Under the pieces are notes generated by a model. The model searched no databases. It was not told where the DNA came from and worked only from the letters and a program-made list of their open reading frames with translations. A program made the position numbers and the translations under genes. Shown here piece after piece: positions 29,701 to 38,798 of a stretch of 60,310 nt of DNA. Source of the DNA: a virus (lineage: Duplodnaviria > Caudoviricetes). The stretch covers positions 1 to 60,310 of IMG/VR virus record IMGVR_UViG_3300032304_000756. One strand, 5' to 3'. Numbering within the stretch: the first letter of the stretch is position 1; every line of letters starts with the position of its first letter.

Positions 29701-32700
29701 TAGAATTCTTTGTACTTGACAGTGTCGCCCAGTGCATAATCTTTCCAAGCAGTCCACTCTGTTACGATTGCACGGTCGTAGACAAATCCTGGAATACTAA
29801 AATCACCGGTCCAGCCTGATATCTTGTACCCTACAACCTTAATTCGTTCTTGTCTGTATCCTTGAGTTTGGTCGTAAATGATATCATTAAACACTGTGAC
29901 ATCGTCTAAAATTAAGACATGTTCTTTTTGTACGAGATTTAATGTTGCATGGTAAAGACCGTCTGCTGTGTTTTTTGGTCGTAGGCTAAAATTATTTTTT
30001 TCACGGATACTGTTAGTAAACGATGGTTCTAATTCTACACCATCTTGTTTGAATATCGAATATTCGTAGAATGGATCATAAATGCTTTCTACTACAGCGT
30101 ATTCTTGTTTATAAATTAATTCTTCAGCGGCTGGACTTAATGTAATAATTGATCCGTCTGCCCAATTCTGTGTGGTCCAGAATGCAAATTCTTTAGCACT
30201 GGTTTGCCAGTCTGTTACAGTTTTTAAATTAGGGTTAAAATATTCAAAGGTGAATCCAGCATCTGTTAGGTACTTTCCGTATCCTAATAATAGATCAACT
30301 ACCTCTTGAACTGTACGAAGTTCTGCTCCGTAATGGAGAGTACTAACTTCATTTTCAAAGTTTCTTCGTAGTGTAATCTCACGGCCGCCAACAATAGGCA
30401 ACGATGCTAATTTAGCAAAGTACTTGGGCTCAAATGCCGTAGCACTAGTATGAGCAACTGTTACTCTAAAATAGTTTTGATCTGTTTTAACTATTTGTCC
30501 CTTACTATAAAACTTTTCAGAATTCCAATCAATATAAGTTTCTGATATACCGCCAACTCTGATAACAGGATCAGACACTGTATCTAACGGTTTTTTATAA
30601 TAAAATTCTGGGGTAAATTTATTATAGCCTTTTACAACAAACCCGCTGGTAGTTTTTTCAATAAGAACACCACTGTAGTCTATGGTTGTTACGGGTGTAC
30701 TAGAATTTAAAATAATATCGTAGTTTTCTTGCGGGATGAATACATTACCTTCATTTAACGGACTACGACTATCTAATATTAATTTAAACTTTTCTTTAGT
30801 TGTAAACCCTGCAAGTTTGCTGGAAATTTTTATCTGTAAAGATTTCAAATCTGATTTAAAATTATCAAGAATAGTAAACGACTTACTAATACCGTAATCT
30901 GATAGATAGTTTACTAGTCCGCTGGTAAACACCCTAGTAGAATCTTTGACTGTACTTGGGAATACCATATTAGCCGTATTAAATCTCAAATTACCTGTGG
31001 GCAATTTATAAACAATCTGACCAGTGTCATCTCTATACTGACGAATTCTATCAAAGCCTAGTGCAAACATTTTTGCTGGGCGCAATAATGTAAGTGCAGT
31101 AATTAATGCAAATGCATAATGACTACTTCTTCTCCATGCAGTTTCTATTGGTGTTTGGTCGCCGAATGTAAATTCATTTTCTGTAAACACAGAAACATAG
31201 TCTGCTACCAGGCCCACAGTCAACGGATCGATTAAGTTACCATCAGCATCTACTGGAATATACTTTAATAAATCGGGTCTAGCATACAATGAATTGCGTG
31301 TTGCTAGTTGCCCTGGAATTCGTATTAGCCCTTCTGTTAAATCATTCCATAATAACAAATTGTCTTTGGTGTAAGGTGCTGGACCGTATGTTGTATCCCA
31401 CCAAGTTGGCTTAACACTGAAACCTACCATTTCCCACGGATGTGTGTGAGGACGATCTGTGTCGTAGAAATAATTATATATTCCGCGCCAGAAGCCAGGC
31501 AGTGGATTGCCCTGCGGGTCTGCAAATGATTTGTAATTGTAAGTAAACGGTTCGTTTCTATCAAAGAAAGTATGTTTAGTATAATCTTCGTTAATCAACG
31601 TTGTCCAGTTTAAAAACTCTTGACGTAATGTTAAATTTAATTCGTTAGCACTAACATCGGCTGTTCTAAAGTATCCAGAAATTAATGTGTCAAGATTAAA
31701 CAATTCAGGATTATATCGAATTTTGATATTATTATAAATTCGAGTTTCTAATTCTAATAATAATTCATCTCTAAATTCGTTGGATTCGTTCGCTCCTGAA
31801 AATGCCACAGTAATACTGCCGTCATGGCCTTGAATTACTTTGGTAGGAGTACGATAAGTGTTATCGACAAAAATCTTAGGTTCGAATAGCGGATACAATC
31901 CCAGTTTTGTCGGAGTCGGTGGCACACAGCATCCTGCTGTTTCTTCATACTGATAAATGTTTAAAATGTCACCTGTTTGAATTTCAGAAGAAATTCGTAT
32001 AAAACTGGTATTAATAAATGTATAGTCCCTGCCGTACAATAACAGTTCATCGTTTACATATACCAATACTGCCTTAGAACTGGCTTTGTCTAGATCGAAA
32101 TCAAAAGTTAGCGGATAGTCAGTAAACGAATTATCAATAATTTCTTGTTCGTAAACAAAATTAATACCGAACGGTACCATGTCACTTAGATAGAACGGAG
32201 ATTCTACTGTTTTATCTCTAGTAACTTCTTTTAGTACTAAGTCCAAGTGATTGCGTGTTATGCCGTCATAGCCGTATGATGTTGCTGTTCTAATTAGATT
32301 ACGTTTGAATTTAGAATACTCATCCCTTGCATAGCGTAAACTTTTAATAATATTAACATTTTTATTTGTAAAACTATAGATAATCGGAGACAATGGTCCT
32401 GAATGTTGAACAATCTGAGTCCCATACCCTGAAATATTTCCTAGATCACGTAGATTACTGTTTCCTGGAACTGCTCCTTGGAAGTTAGCAAAATTTTCTG
32501 AAATTGTTTTTAGATGATTAGAAATTTGACCCAGTGTCAAGTCTTTTAAACTTAGATTCTGTGGGTTGCTTTCAAGGTTACTTGGGAATTTATAAAACCC
32601 AATATTTTTTAATTTGGCAGCAGACGACATAGTTTCGAGAACCACTACATCGCCCACTGCTAAATCTACATTAAACTGAATATATGCTATGCTGTTTTGT

Positions 32701-34838
32701 CTGTATAATTCATAGTCAGTGCGCTTTTTATTATTGACAAATACCTTAACTTCTAAGTCGTCTATTAGACCGCTTTTTGCATATACATCGATAGGAAATA
32801 GATTTAATAAGTCAGCAGTAACATTGGTCTGTTTTACTACAGGTTGTTTTGTAGCAAACTCTGCTTTGACCCATCCATTAACTAAGTTGTAGTCTGACAA
32901 ACTATTGTTGACTTTTAGATAGCCCCTATCTAATACTCGTTCAATTAGTTCAATTTCGCCTTGATAGGTAAATGAATCTTTTTGTAGATTAAAGTCGAAT
33001 ACTATATCGCCAATGTTTCCAATATTTCTGTAGGCAATATTCTGACCTAAAATGTTATCGTAGGTATCGCCTGTCTGATAACTGAATATCTTCGTTCCGG
33101 TAAAAGAGGATCCTACAAATGCAGTCCTATCTCCAAAACTTGTTGCTGTGACATCGACTACGTCGAATAACGGTGCAATATTAACATTAGTTTTATCTTG
33201 GCTTTCTATCCATGCTCCGCCGGTATAATGGAACATTTTTCCTTTATAGTTGTCGCCGTCAGAAATTAAAACTGTTTCTCCGTCAAATGGCGTAGTATCT
33301 GCTTCCTCTAACAGTGTAATTCGTTTGACACCAAGATGAGAAATAAATCCTATTTTAAAAATTCTGCCGTTAACTGTGGAATCTGTATCTACAGCAAATA
33401 ATACTCGCATACCTTCTAGTAATAGTACGCCATCAACATTATAACCAATACTGCCTTCGACTGTAGAAAATGCATCTTTTGTGTACAAGTCGATTAAATC
33501 AACACTGCGTTTTGCTTGACGTCCGAAATTCCATAACTGTAGGTCAGGCTTAAATTCGATAATAGGACGTTTAGCTCTTGCCGACTGATCAATTTCTACT
33601 GGTTGATTATTATAGGTAGCACTTGCTTCAATTACCGAACGATGGAACCATCTATTATATCTACTCCAATGATTTCTGTCTCGACTGCTTCTGTTGATTG
33701 TAATATAGTCTTTTGAAGATGGATAGTTACTGTTGACATCAAACCCCTGTGTATCGAAGTTTTCTGCGTCAAATTCAATGTCGCTGTCTAACGCAAAGGA
33801 AGAAGGCGTTTGTAGATCATATTCTGCAACTAATCTAATTCTGTCGCCAACACCGTCAACATACCAGTTGTCAGTGGCATACTTGTCTGGAGTCACGTTA
33901 CCGATGAAGTACACTTTCATGCCGTTTGACAGTTCAGTTGACCCGTCAAGATTATACGTTTTCTTTCCTAATATTTCATTTTCAACATCGATAAATGTAT
34001 TTTCTTCGATATCATAAATTTTAAAAAATCCAGATGTATTGATATCATTTGCACTAACATAATATAAGATGTCCGGTGCATTGTCTGGAATTGTAAATGT
34101 GATAGTGCCCACTTCTACATAGGCGGTATCTTTGACAATACCAGTGGTGTAGATAAACGAATCTGCTAGATCTCTAACAGTCTTAAATGCAATAGCGTTA
34201 CCTGGACAGTTAACATCGAACTTATAAGTCTGACCTCTGTACAATTTTAAAGTAGGATTTCGTGTCAATCCGTCAGGACTAAACAAATAGGCAATGTTAT
34301 CAACATCACTTATTGTGGTAATAGTATATGTACTAATAATATTTCTAGACTGTCCCTTTACTGCTATTGCCTGTGGGCCTTTTGGTAGCCAGTAGTACTC
34401 TCTATAGTTTACAAATTTATCCCAGTCGATGTTAGGATTCCAACTGTAAAATTCTTGAGCATTAATTTTACTTTGATCAGCGGCAGAGGAATTAAAATAT
34501 ACTAGTTGATTGATATAGTCGTTATAGTCACTGAAAAATGTTACGTTTTCTAAACTGTCTCTAACAACGATTGCAGGTTCCAATTGATAGGCTGAACGTT
34601 CTGTAGATATTTCATCAACATAGTTATCTGTCGGGACATAGGCTTTGCTGTTCTTTCTTCCAATGTACGCATTAATTTTATCAACGGATCCAACAGAAAT
34701 TAACTGGTCAAGTGTGCCGTTTAAAAACTTCTGGTTAGTTGTGGTTCTAAAATATCTAGGTAAAAAATTGACCGCACTTCTGGTTGTGTCCGCGCCAATC
34801 GGTAGGCTCGGTTCTTTTTGGTCTTTAGAAAATGCCAT
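20739..34838 (-). CDS. Giant 4,699-aa virion structural protein (baseplate wedge gp7-like position, multi-domain)
   Basis: Single uninterrupted ORF directly downstream of the gp6-like gene. Contains G-x-G-Y-x3-P repeats, propeller-like FG repeats and CBM-like modules. Confidence 0.75.
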   Translation of the reverse strand: MAFSKDQKEPSLPIGADTTRSAVNFLPRYFRTTTNQKFLNGTLDQLISVGSVDKINAYIGRKNSKAYVPTDNYVDEISTERSAYQLEPAIVVRDSLENVTFFSDYNDYINQLVYFNSSAADQSKINAQEFYSWNPNIDWDKFVNYREYYWLPKGPQAIAVKGQSRNIISTYTITTISDVDNIAYLFSPDGLTRNPTLKLYRGQTYKFDVNCPGNAIAFKTVRDLADSFIYTTGIVKDTAYVEVGTITFTIPDNAPDILYYVSANDINTSGFFKIYDIEENTFIDVENEILGKKTYNLDGSTELSNGMKVYFIGNVTPDKYATDNWYVDGVGDRIRLVAEYDLQTPSSFALDSDIEFDAENFDTQGFDVNSNYPSSKDYITINRSSRDRNHWSRYNRWFHRSVIEASATYNNQPVEIDQSARAKRPIIEFKPDLQLWNFGRQAKRSVDLIDLYTKDAFSTVEGSIGYNVDGVLLLEGMRVLFAVDTDSTVNGRIFKIGFISHLGVKRITLLEEADTTPFDGETVLISDGDNYKGKMFHYTGGAWIESQDKTNVNIAPLFDVVDVTATSFGDRTAFVGSSFTGTKIFSYQTGDTYDNILGQNIAYRNIGNIGDIVFDFNLQKDSFTYQGEIELIERVLDRGYLKVNNSLSDYNLVNGWVKAEFATKQPVVKQTNVTADLLNLFPIDVYAKSGLIDDLEVKVFVNNKKRTDYELYRQNSIAYIQFNVDLAVGDVVVLETMSSAAKLKNIGFYKFPSNLESNPQNLSLKDLTLGQISNHLKTISENFANFQGAVPGNSNLRDLGNISGYGTQIVQHSGPLSPIIYSFTNKNVNIIKSLRYARDEYSKFKRNLIRTATSYGYDGITRNHLDLVLKEVTRDKTVESPFYLSDMVPFGINFVYEQEIIDNSFTDYPLTFDFDLDKASSKAVLVYVNDELLLYGRDYTFINTSFIRISSEIQTGDILNIYQYEETAGCCVPPTPTKLGLYPLFEPKIFVDNTYRTPTKVIQGHDGSITVAFSGANESNEFRDELLLELETRIYNNIKIRYNPELFNLDTLISGYFRTADVSANELNLTLRQEFLNWTTLINEDYTKHTFFDRNEPFTYNYKSFADPQGNPLPGFWRGIYNYFYDTDRPHTHPWEMVGFSVKPTWWDTTYGPAPYTKDNLLLWNDLTEGLIRIPGQLATRNSLYARPDLLKYIPVDADGNLIDPLTVGLVADYVSVFTENEFTFGDQTPIETAWRRSSHYAFALITALTLLRPAKMFALGFDRIRQYRDDTGQIVYKLPTGNLRFNTANMVFPSTVKDSTRVFTSGLVNYLSDYGISKSFTILDNFKSDLKSLQIKISSKLAGFTTKEKFKLILDSRSPLNEGNVFIPQENYDIILNSSTPVTTIDYSGVLIEKTTSGFVVKGYNKFTPEFYYKKPLDTVSDPVIRVGGISETYIDWNSEKFYSKGQIVKTDQNYFRVTVAHTSATAFEPKYFAKLASLPIVGGREITLRRNFENEVSTLHYGAELRTVQEVVDLLLGYGKYLTDAGFTFEYFNPNLKTVTDWQTSAKEFAFWTTQNWADGSIITLSPAAEELIYKQEYAVVESIYDPFYEYSIFKQDGVELEPSFTNSIREKNNFSLRPKNTADGLYHATLNLVQKEHVLILDDVTVFNDIIYDQTQGYRQERIKVVGYKISGWTGDFSIPGFVYDRAIVTEWTAWKDYALGDTVKYKEFYYSARTNIPGTELFNDDDWYILADKPESKLIPNWDYRASQFEDFYDLDTDSFDVDQQKFAQHLIGYQKRQYLENIINDDVSQYKFYQGMIQEKGTQNSLSKLFDALNYANTDSLEFFEEWAIRLGQYGASGGFEEVEYILNEEKFLINPQPIELVTSVPFGVNDFVYRITADQVYLKPDDYTHEPFPVLASQKEYIRTAGYVNYEDVDYVISSKDDFATYNIKDLVEGTYFWLGFDNSSWNVYRFTIFAKSIKQVEEVTNFRFILTTKLPVDIVVGSYIGINNTITSLEGIKKVIAVGLNWFEIAMPADLDTAAIAEINQALNINLFKFTPQRLSSIDDLNSLPVSAKKNNEIVWTDGIDNAWSVWKFTKTYSSTKITSEENYFGKVLAVDGTETVLAATSTNAVLFYSRPTPSFGWAFQDSIFPLSTETFTDTNGSFGDSLCFNANGTYLFIGAPRYGITSTPGPLPTDPPVITEVDIGYVAQYTKNIYGSYEFTRVIQSSTPTEFQYFGQKLQVNGNVLYIVSKGGLSIDGSTIIPASLSAYNLTTNTFLATLTLPVGIDITDIDVASNNTITISKNDESVLVTRLSGTTFVSVQEINISDFISVEILETGSNFGTSVAITNDANFIAVGVPGYSNVASNQGAVAIFKLNSSTYVANDIITSPLNQDSEKFGYRVRFNLDNDKLVIYSYGGSQTIETFIDDGNTTFDLNVTKFVEEQEFTGSIRIYEKYDTKFLIGDELEPTAVSGINYGDAVIVARNVYVNDQTSTAGAFYEFTGSNKSWTKFREPEPSVNLSKIKSLFLYNTRTNDVVANLDFIDPVTGKILGIAEQELSFKTYYDPAIYTIGVENVVVDLLMGWTKPHIGKLWWDLSTIKFANPLQGSIVYKANTWNNVYNDASVDIYEWVESEYTPSEWDSLADTETGLALGISGTSKYGDLVYSTKQSYDSISKTFTNTYYFWVKNKTTVPNVTFRKTSANDVAKLIANPKGQGIQYATLLGKNQFALVNCKGLITGKDVALNVRYWIVNNTENNIHAHYQLLAEGNTNKKLNKYVEQKWFDSLIGYDINGSEVPDTRLPAKLKYGILNKPRQGMFINRLEALKQFIERVNSVLISRAIIDDFNFTDLNSKEEPPTELSGKFDIAIDSQSQIRFVGSTGFIQATVIPVVEAGKIVRVVVTTPGRGYKIAPEITITGNGNGAKLTARINSIGEVTSVTVDNSGRDYLDSTILYVRPFTILVNNDETAANKWSMYIWDSAIGNWFRSKTQIYDVTKHWSYADWYANGYSAFTKVDHQVDFSYEMSFIDIAVGDLVKIKNEKSGGWLLLERINTLVTDNVSLNYNTVGRQNGTIQFNSNLYNFTNSNIGFDSFTYDGDVYDDEPKEELRIILDVIKNNLLIDDLEIEYNKLFFASLRYVFSEQTFVDWAFKTSFIKSQHNLGELRQKVNYKNDNLSSYEEYINEVKPYRSKIREFISNYTANDNTYTGTTDFDLPARYDSEEGKIVPFTVKVANSAVAYTSSAILNAPYSDWLDNLGYRVVEIIVTDGGSGYQASPAVEIVGTSRVKATAKAYISQGSVTKIIVEIKGEGYLTTPTVVISGSVNATGTPAMATAVLGEGLARTNTIGVKFDRIIPEYQISAITMTQTFDGTGSRTRFELNWPLDIRTNKTAVTVSNEELLTSDFVVYNKKDTSLGYTRYVGVLELTSAAEIGAANVIVSYTKDIRLLTAADRIQYYYAPGIGQIGKDLGQLMQGVDYGGVEVTGLGFEISSGWDGLPWFTAGWDDFDEDYTDFLVVSDGTTRSYTLSYIPADGEQINIYINGVRIDDVNYDEYTAAETAYNTAVSQLATFTAEELILQADKDAKQEIVGTLTQELIDTQAVIADLEAQLLITPPSDPLYFSLQATLAANQLQETQLIADLVIAQDNLDDAQTLLTAKENQVSSKTLDVAAKLATLNAAPDIVNADAQMQTFVGDGSTVEPIIIPAYVDVNSGDTIIFRKSTSDGSFRPNQQYLDSEITGGDFTYSTARGIRAEDITLDGDNFVTATTSHAPEEVVTGQVVDSVAITVYHTVEDGTPIIVTRHYITTEPENEFLIGQRPNSTQAAFVKLNGLIKEQDVDYTLNYALQKIVFPTNLPVGSEVVVTSMSKNGTSVLDSDAFTGDGVSDEFVTVARWSGDYSALVTVNGVPATVTTFVTDNTYSEIGNIGIRFDTPPANTAIIDYTIISSALNTVSRVTTETVVYDGTSQIYSLDNTPGNLNPFDNNVLVEYAGKILRPADTIYFDVVGTVRTYSVSTVDYAINTIDTNKVKVYLNGVELGISRQFTWKSSGNQLTIKRGVAKVGDKVALVILENAEYSIEEDSTGVQLRLFDSYSANEKFTVTTFTNHDILDIERNNDYVTTASTVTVGTTDYYRLNQLLAGRIQLRNSALGAQYIWIALNGELLTPEIDYILEDNLTYVQIDKNKKLLTTDVVDVIVFSSNVTTGRPFGYRIFKDMLNRTFYKRLDAAATGILAQPLNYYDTGIVLEDASGLVEPLRSQNQAGIVFIDRERIEYLEKDGNTLRFLRRGTLGTGVPETHLAGTAVLDASTNQSIPYKDETETVVLVAGGYTQASEIYNNSFGMSVSSVKYNFNNTTAFPLGGQVVTVKGTGFTDKVEVIVGDPTVLTTFVATEINSANEIIVSSIDRLFVGKEIVFSGAVFGGIDSQLSYYILTVGQDTVTDEYYITVSETKGGSPAALSVSTGEMIGSHMKAKCNTTYVSSTTLTFISQAEVVGAYDLVILNPSFSVGPVTVAQTSYVQPAAIRYVQILLPFSPIVNTATTRNPAETGPWYKETAEISVANIQVGRGYKVNTVGTTDYMSIGASSNTIGTEFIATAIGSGTGTVLDYTSIPLEYWEGLDIEVFVAGQRLRKTPTAVWDESIGPDSPSGDKQLQAEFAVNKNVGAYVRLTEPPKNGAKVIVQKKVGQAWVAQGQSLVDSQSDQAKFVRAKTANLPR

Positions 34839-34848
34839 TTACTGTCCT

Positions 34849-37800
34849 TTAATTGCTAACAATGCCGTTTGCAGAAGTAGTACTAGATGTTAGCACTACT
34901 CCGGTTGTGTTTAATCTTGCCGCAGTGATTTCTGAAATAATTTCAATATTATCTACAGATACAGAACTGGCAAATATTTCATCAGGGTTTGCTTTAATTT
35001 CATACAAACTGCCAAATGCTAAATTTTGATTCTTTGGAACTAATACTATATTTGCAATACGCGGAGACATTCTGTTCATAATATATGTTGCTAGTTCTCC
35101 AAAATAAAATGTATCGCCGAAATCCCAGTTGTCGATTGAAAAGAATTCTTTGACTGCTGTTACTACACCAGTTTTAATATCGTTATCGCTGACAACCAAT
35201 GAACTGTTCTTGACTACTTTAAATGTTGCTTGTAGACTTATGTCTGCTTTAGATCCAAATAAATTTTTATACTTTACTGGATGGTATATTACTTCGTCGC
35301 TGATTGCTTTAATTTTTCCTAGTTCAGTACCAAAGTTAATGAACAATGAATCACTGCTTGGAGGCAACGGCTTGGTTGCTAGGTCGCCATTTAACCATAG
35401 ACGATACTGTGTATCATATGATTTAGTTAACATAAAGATATCGATAATGTTTGTGGCGGCTGGGTCTATTCTTGCACTTTCGTCTGCGGCATGAACATAT
35501 TGAAATTTTAATAAGTCTCGGCCAACAAAGGCACGGTATTCTGTAGTAATAACAAAACTCACACTGTCTTTGTAGAATACTTTAACTACATTTTCGTCCA
35601 TGATGTATATTAATTGCTGATTACTTAATAAATTAGAATCAACCACACTCTGCGATGTAAAAATTTTAATTAAGTCGTTTTCATTTTTAATATAATAGTA
35701 ATCAGTTATACCGTCTATGCTAACACGGCTTTTTTGAAAAATAAATTTCTCTGCTGGATTAGTATCTGGTGCAACAATGACGTCAAAAATTTCAGGATTA
35801 TCAACTACTCCGTCTTCGTCATTATCGTAAAAACTAATTGATATTTTTTTAGAATCGATATATCCGTCCGAGCCCTTGTACTCGTCGACAATTTCCCAAT
35901 TAATATCTAAGTTAATAGGTGTGGTTGCATCGGGAGATGTATTAATGCCTAGAACAGAAATTTTATCTCTTACAATCTTTCCTGTACTGGTATCATACAC
36001 TTTATCTGAGCTGTCGTAAAAGAATCTAATTTCTTTTTCGCTTTCAAACACATATCTTGTACCACGACTGGTAACTGTGTATGTTTCGCCATTGGTTTCA
36101 AATAGCACGATCCAACTTGCATCTAGTTGCTGATTACTAACATCGCCTGCTTTACCTAAACTGAAATCATTTTTCTTATCAACGTTTGTATCTGTGACAA
36201 TCTTCCATGTGGTAAGATTGGCATCGTATCGTAGACCAAATTCTTTATTGGCAAATATTAAATCTACCATCCTAGTAATAACACTGGGTTCTAGTCCAGT
36301 TACAAACTTTGGAAGAATAGAATCTGCATAAGATGTTGAATCTACCACATCGTTGAGTATTACTGGTCCTGTTCCGTTTGCTAATTGTCCTGTGTTTGAT
36401 GCAGTGCCGTCAGATATAACATTAATCACTTTACTCCAAATATAATACTTTGAATTTGCATCTGCTAGTGCAGAATCTATGACAGTGTTATCAGCATCAA
36501 AAACTTTTCCGACTGGTGGAATAAATTTTACAAGCGCACCCGGTATTAGATAACGTAGGTTTGAACTGGTAAACGATCCTAATTTTTTTGTAGCGGCATT
36601 ATCAATGTCGCCGATATATCCTGTGGACAAATTAACTGCACTGGTTTTTTGATAAAATGCAGTGAAGTTAGGAGCCAGGGCGATTGTAGGATATTTGTCA
36701 AGATAAAAGTCAATAGTTCTTCTTAGTCCAATAATTGGCTCTATCTGATTTAACACAACATTTTCAATGTCAGAACGTGTGCTTACGCTAAATGTAAAAA
36801 TATCTACAATGGGTTCTTTATAGATTATGCCATCAGTACCAAACAAGTTAGTGGTACTGTATTTTCCTGTGCTATCTTTTAAATCGAAATAACGGCTAAT
36901 ACCGCTACTTACTCTGTTAACTGCTTTAATTTTAATAACTTCTTGATTAACACTTAATGGAAGAATATTATAATCTTCGCCTGTGATCATCCTACTCTGA
37001 GTATAATATGTTGCAGGAGCATTATTTTTGATCTCGTCAGATGTTTCTGCTACCGCCGCATTAGTAACTGTGTATTTTAATCCCAATGCAACTGTAACTA
37101 TTTCTTTTTTGCCAGCGCGACTAATATAGGGAATATCAATAGTTACGTTCTTGATATCTGCTGGATTTATTGAATATGATAATCCGTTACCGGTTCTGTA
37201 GTATATTTTAAAGTTGCCCTGTGGCAAATTTCCAAAGGTACCGTCGGCAAAAATTAATCGAATACGATCCAATGAACGGGTAAGCACAGAGTATATGTCT
37301 CTAATGTTCTTGGATAAACTATTGTAGATAATATTATTACCTTCAACAGAATCTACTTTAGTCCACAGTGTAGATTCAAATCCAATACTGTCAAGTCCGT
37401 ATAGCCACACATCTGAATTGTTGACGTTTGGACTGTCAATATCTAATGTTTCGCTGGTACTTGGTCGTGCAATACTAAATGTACTTTCTTGTAAAGTGCC
37501 TTGGCGGAAATGCACAAAAAATCCAGTATTGCTACTAGGAGGGCCACCGCCGTCATCACGATATAAAAATGCTAGACTGTTACTTGGAAACGGTGGTTCT
37601 TCATAGATAGCATTTGCACCTGAAAATGTTGTCGATACTACTTCAAAGTCAATGTTACGACCATCAATATTTTTACTAAATCCGTAAATAGGCACTTCGG
37701 TGTTAGAAGCATTAAATCTATATTGTTCGCAAGGGACGCCGCTGATAGTTGCACTGTCAGTAGGCTTGCCGTATTGCTGTGTTTCTGGAAGTGAAGCATT

Positions 37801-38280
37801 GATAACTTTAATAAACTGTTCATACCAGTTGCTGTTGGCACTGTCATTCCATACGATAGTTTGATTTGATAAATCTCTGCCGTTACTGTCAACCACAGAT
37901 TCTGTTGTAGATATAGAGGTAAATTTTAAAAGTCCGTTAGCAGGCTGTGTTCTTTTAGGGTTGTAGGATAGTAAACGTGCTAGACGTAGCACACTTTCAC
38001 GACGTTCTGCTAGTTCTAAAAAGTTATCGCGGGCATTTAAATCAAATCTAAATGCTAGGTTTTGTCCCAAGAATGCAATAAGGTCGATAAGAGCCAAGTA
38101 CTCGCTTGACTCAATATAATCGTTAAAATCTTCTGGATAATTTTCACGTAGATACGTGATCATAGTACGACGCAGATTATCAAAGTCGTACGATTTAAAG
38201 TCTGCGTTTTTAAAGCTCTGGTAAACTCGTTTCCAGTCTTCTGCCGCTATTAATTTATTTTGTCTATCTACACTTGCCAT
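34849..38280 (-). CDS. gp6: Baseplate wedge subunit, gp6-like
   Basis: 'DFKSYDFDNLR...EDFNDYIESS...LIDLIA...ARDNFLELAERRESVLRLARLLSYNPKR', 'IFADGTFG', 'EIKNNAP...QSRMITGEDY'. Confidence 0.85.
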   Translation of the reverse strand: MASVDRQNKLIAAEDWKRVYQSFKNADFKSYDFDNLRRTMITYLRENYPEDFNDYIESSEYLALIDLIAFLGQNLAFRFDLNARDNFLELAERRESVLRLARLLSYNPKRTQPANGLLKFTSISTTESVVDSNGRDLSNQTIVWNDSANSNWYEQFIKVINASLPETQQYGKPTDSATISGVPCEQYRFNASNTEVPIYGFSKNIDGRNIDFEVVSTTFSGANAIYEEPPFPSNSLAFLYRDDGGGPPSSNTGFFVHFRQGTLQESTFSIARPSTSETLDIDSPNVNNSDVWLYGLDSIGFESTLWTKVDSVEGNNIIYNSLSKNIRDIYSVLTRSLDRIRLIFADGTFGNLPQGNFKIYYRTGNGLSYSINPADIKNVTIDIPYISRAGKKEIVTVALGLKYTVTNAAVAETSDEIKNNAPATYYTQSRMITGEDYNILPLSVNQEVIKIKAVNRVSSGISRYFDLKDSTGKYSTTNLFGTDGIIYKEPIVDIFTFSVSTRSDIENVVLNQIEPIIGLRRTIDFYLDKYPTIALAPNFTAFYQKTSAVNLSTGYIGDIDNAATKKLGSFTSSNLRYLIPGALVKFIPPVGKVFDADNTVIDSALADANSKYYIWSKVINVISDGTASNTGQLANGTGPVILNDVVDSTSYADSILPKFVTGLEPSVITRMVDLIFANKEFGLRYDANLTTWKIVTDTNVDKKNDFSLGKAGDVSNQQLDASWIVLFETNGETYTVTSRGTRYVFESEKEIRFFYDSSDKVYDTSTGKIVRDKISVLGINTSPDATTPINLDINWEIVDEYKGSDGYIDSKKISISFYDNDEDGVVDNPEIFDVIVAPDTNPAEKFIFQKSRVSIDGITDYYYIKNENDLIKIFTSQSVVDSNLLSNQQLIYIMDENVVKVFYKDSVSFVITTEYRAFVGRDLLKFQYVHAADESARIDPAATNIIDIFMLTKSYDTQYRLWLNGDLATKPLPPSSDSLFINFGTELGKIKAISDEVIYHPVKYKNLFGSKADISLQATFKVVKNSSLVVSDNDIKTGVVTAVKEFFSIDNWDFGDTFYFGELATYIMNRMSPRIANIVLVPKNQNLAFGSLYEIKANPDEIFASSVSVDNIEIISEITAARLNTTGVVLTSSTTSANGIVSN

Positions 38281-38298
38281 AATTAGCCCTCGATATTA

Positions 38299-38305
38299 TA
38301 TTTAT
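38299..38305 (-). promoter_or_regulatory. Late promoter box
   Basis: ATAAATA on the minus strand upstream of the gp6 start and its GAGG SD. Confidence 0.6.
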
Positions 38306-38329
38306 CAAGTCTAAAAAGTGGGTAGATAA

Positions 38330-38773
38330 TTAACTGAGGATATTGTTGTTTTCATCAAATCTGAAACGCAGTTGTTCAGAAATGTTGTATGGAAGATATA
38401 TTAAATCACACTCTATTTGGATTCCGCTTTCGTATTCGCTGACTATTAAACTATCTACTGTTACCCTGGGGTCGTAATTCATTATTTCTGTAACGTTTTC
38501 AGCAATAATATCCTTTAGTTCTTCTGTCAATGGATCGAACAGTAGGTCCCAAATAATGCACCCAAACTCTGGATTTTCTAGTTTTTCGCCTTGACGAATA
38601 TGCAGGTGATTCACAATATCTTGTTTGATTAGACTTAGGTCGTACAGCGTATAACTGCCCGACGGAGTAGAAATTGTGCTTAATCCTCGGTATGCTCGAC
38701 CGGTTGGAGTAGGATCGGATATACCGTTCTGTGGAATAACGCTTCTACCTGAAATTGAGTTATAAGTTGCCAT
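38330..38773 (-). CDS. gp25: Baseplate wedge subunit, gp25-like
   Basis: 'LIKQDIVNHLHIRQGEKLENPEFGCIIWDLLFDP...YDPRV'. Confidence 0.85.
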   Translation of the reverse strand: MATYNSISGRSVIPQNGISDPTPTGRAYRGLSTISTPSGSYTLYDLSLIKQDIVNHLHIRQGEKLENPEFGCIIWDLLFDPLTEELKDIIAENVTEIMNYDPRVTVDSLIVSEYESGIQIECDLIYLPYNISEQLRFRFDENNNILS

Positions 38774-38780
38774 AGTTTAA

Positions 38781-38787
38781 TATTTAT
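38781..38787 (-). promoter_or_regulatory. Late promoter box (near-leaderless)
   Basis: ATAAATA on the minus strand, 7 nt upstream of the ATG. Confidence 0.55.
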
Positions 38788-38798
38788 TGTTTATCGTT

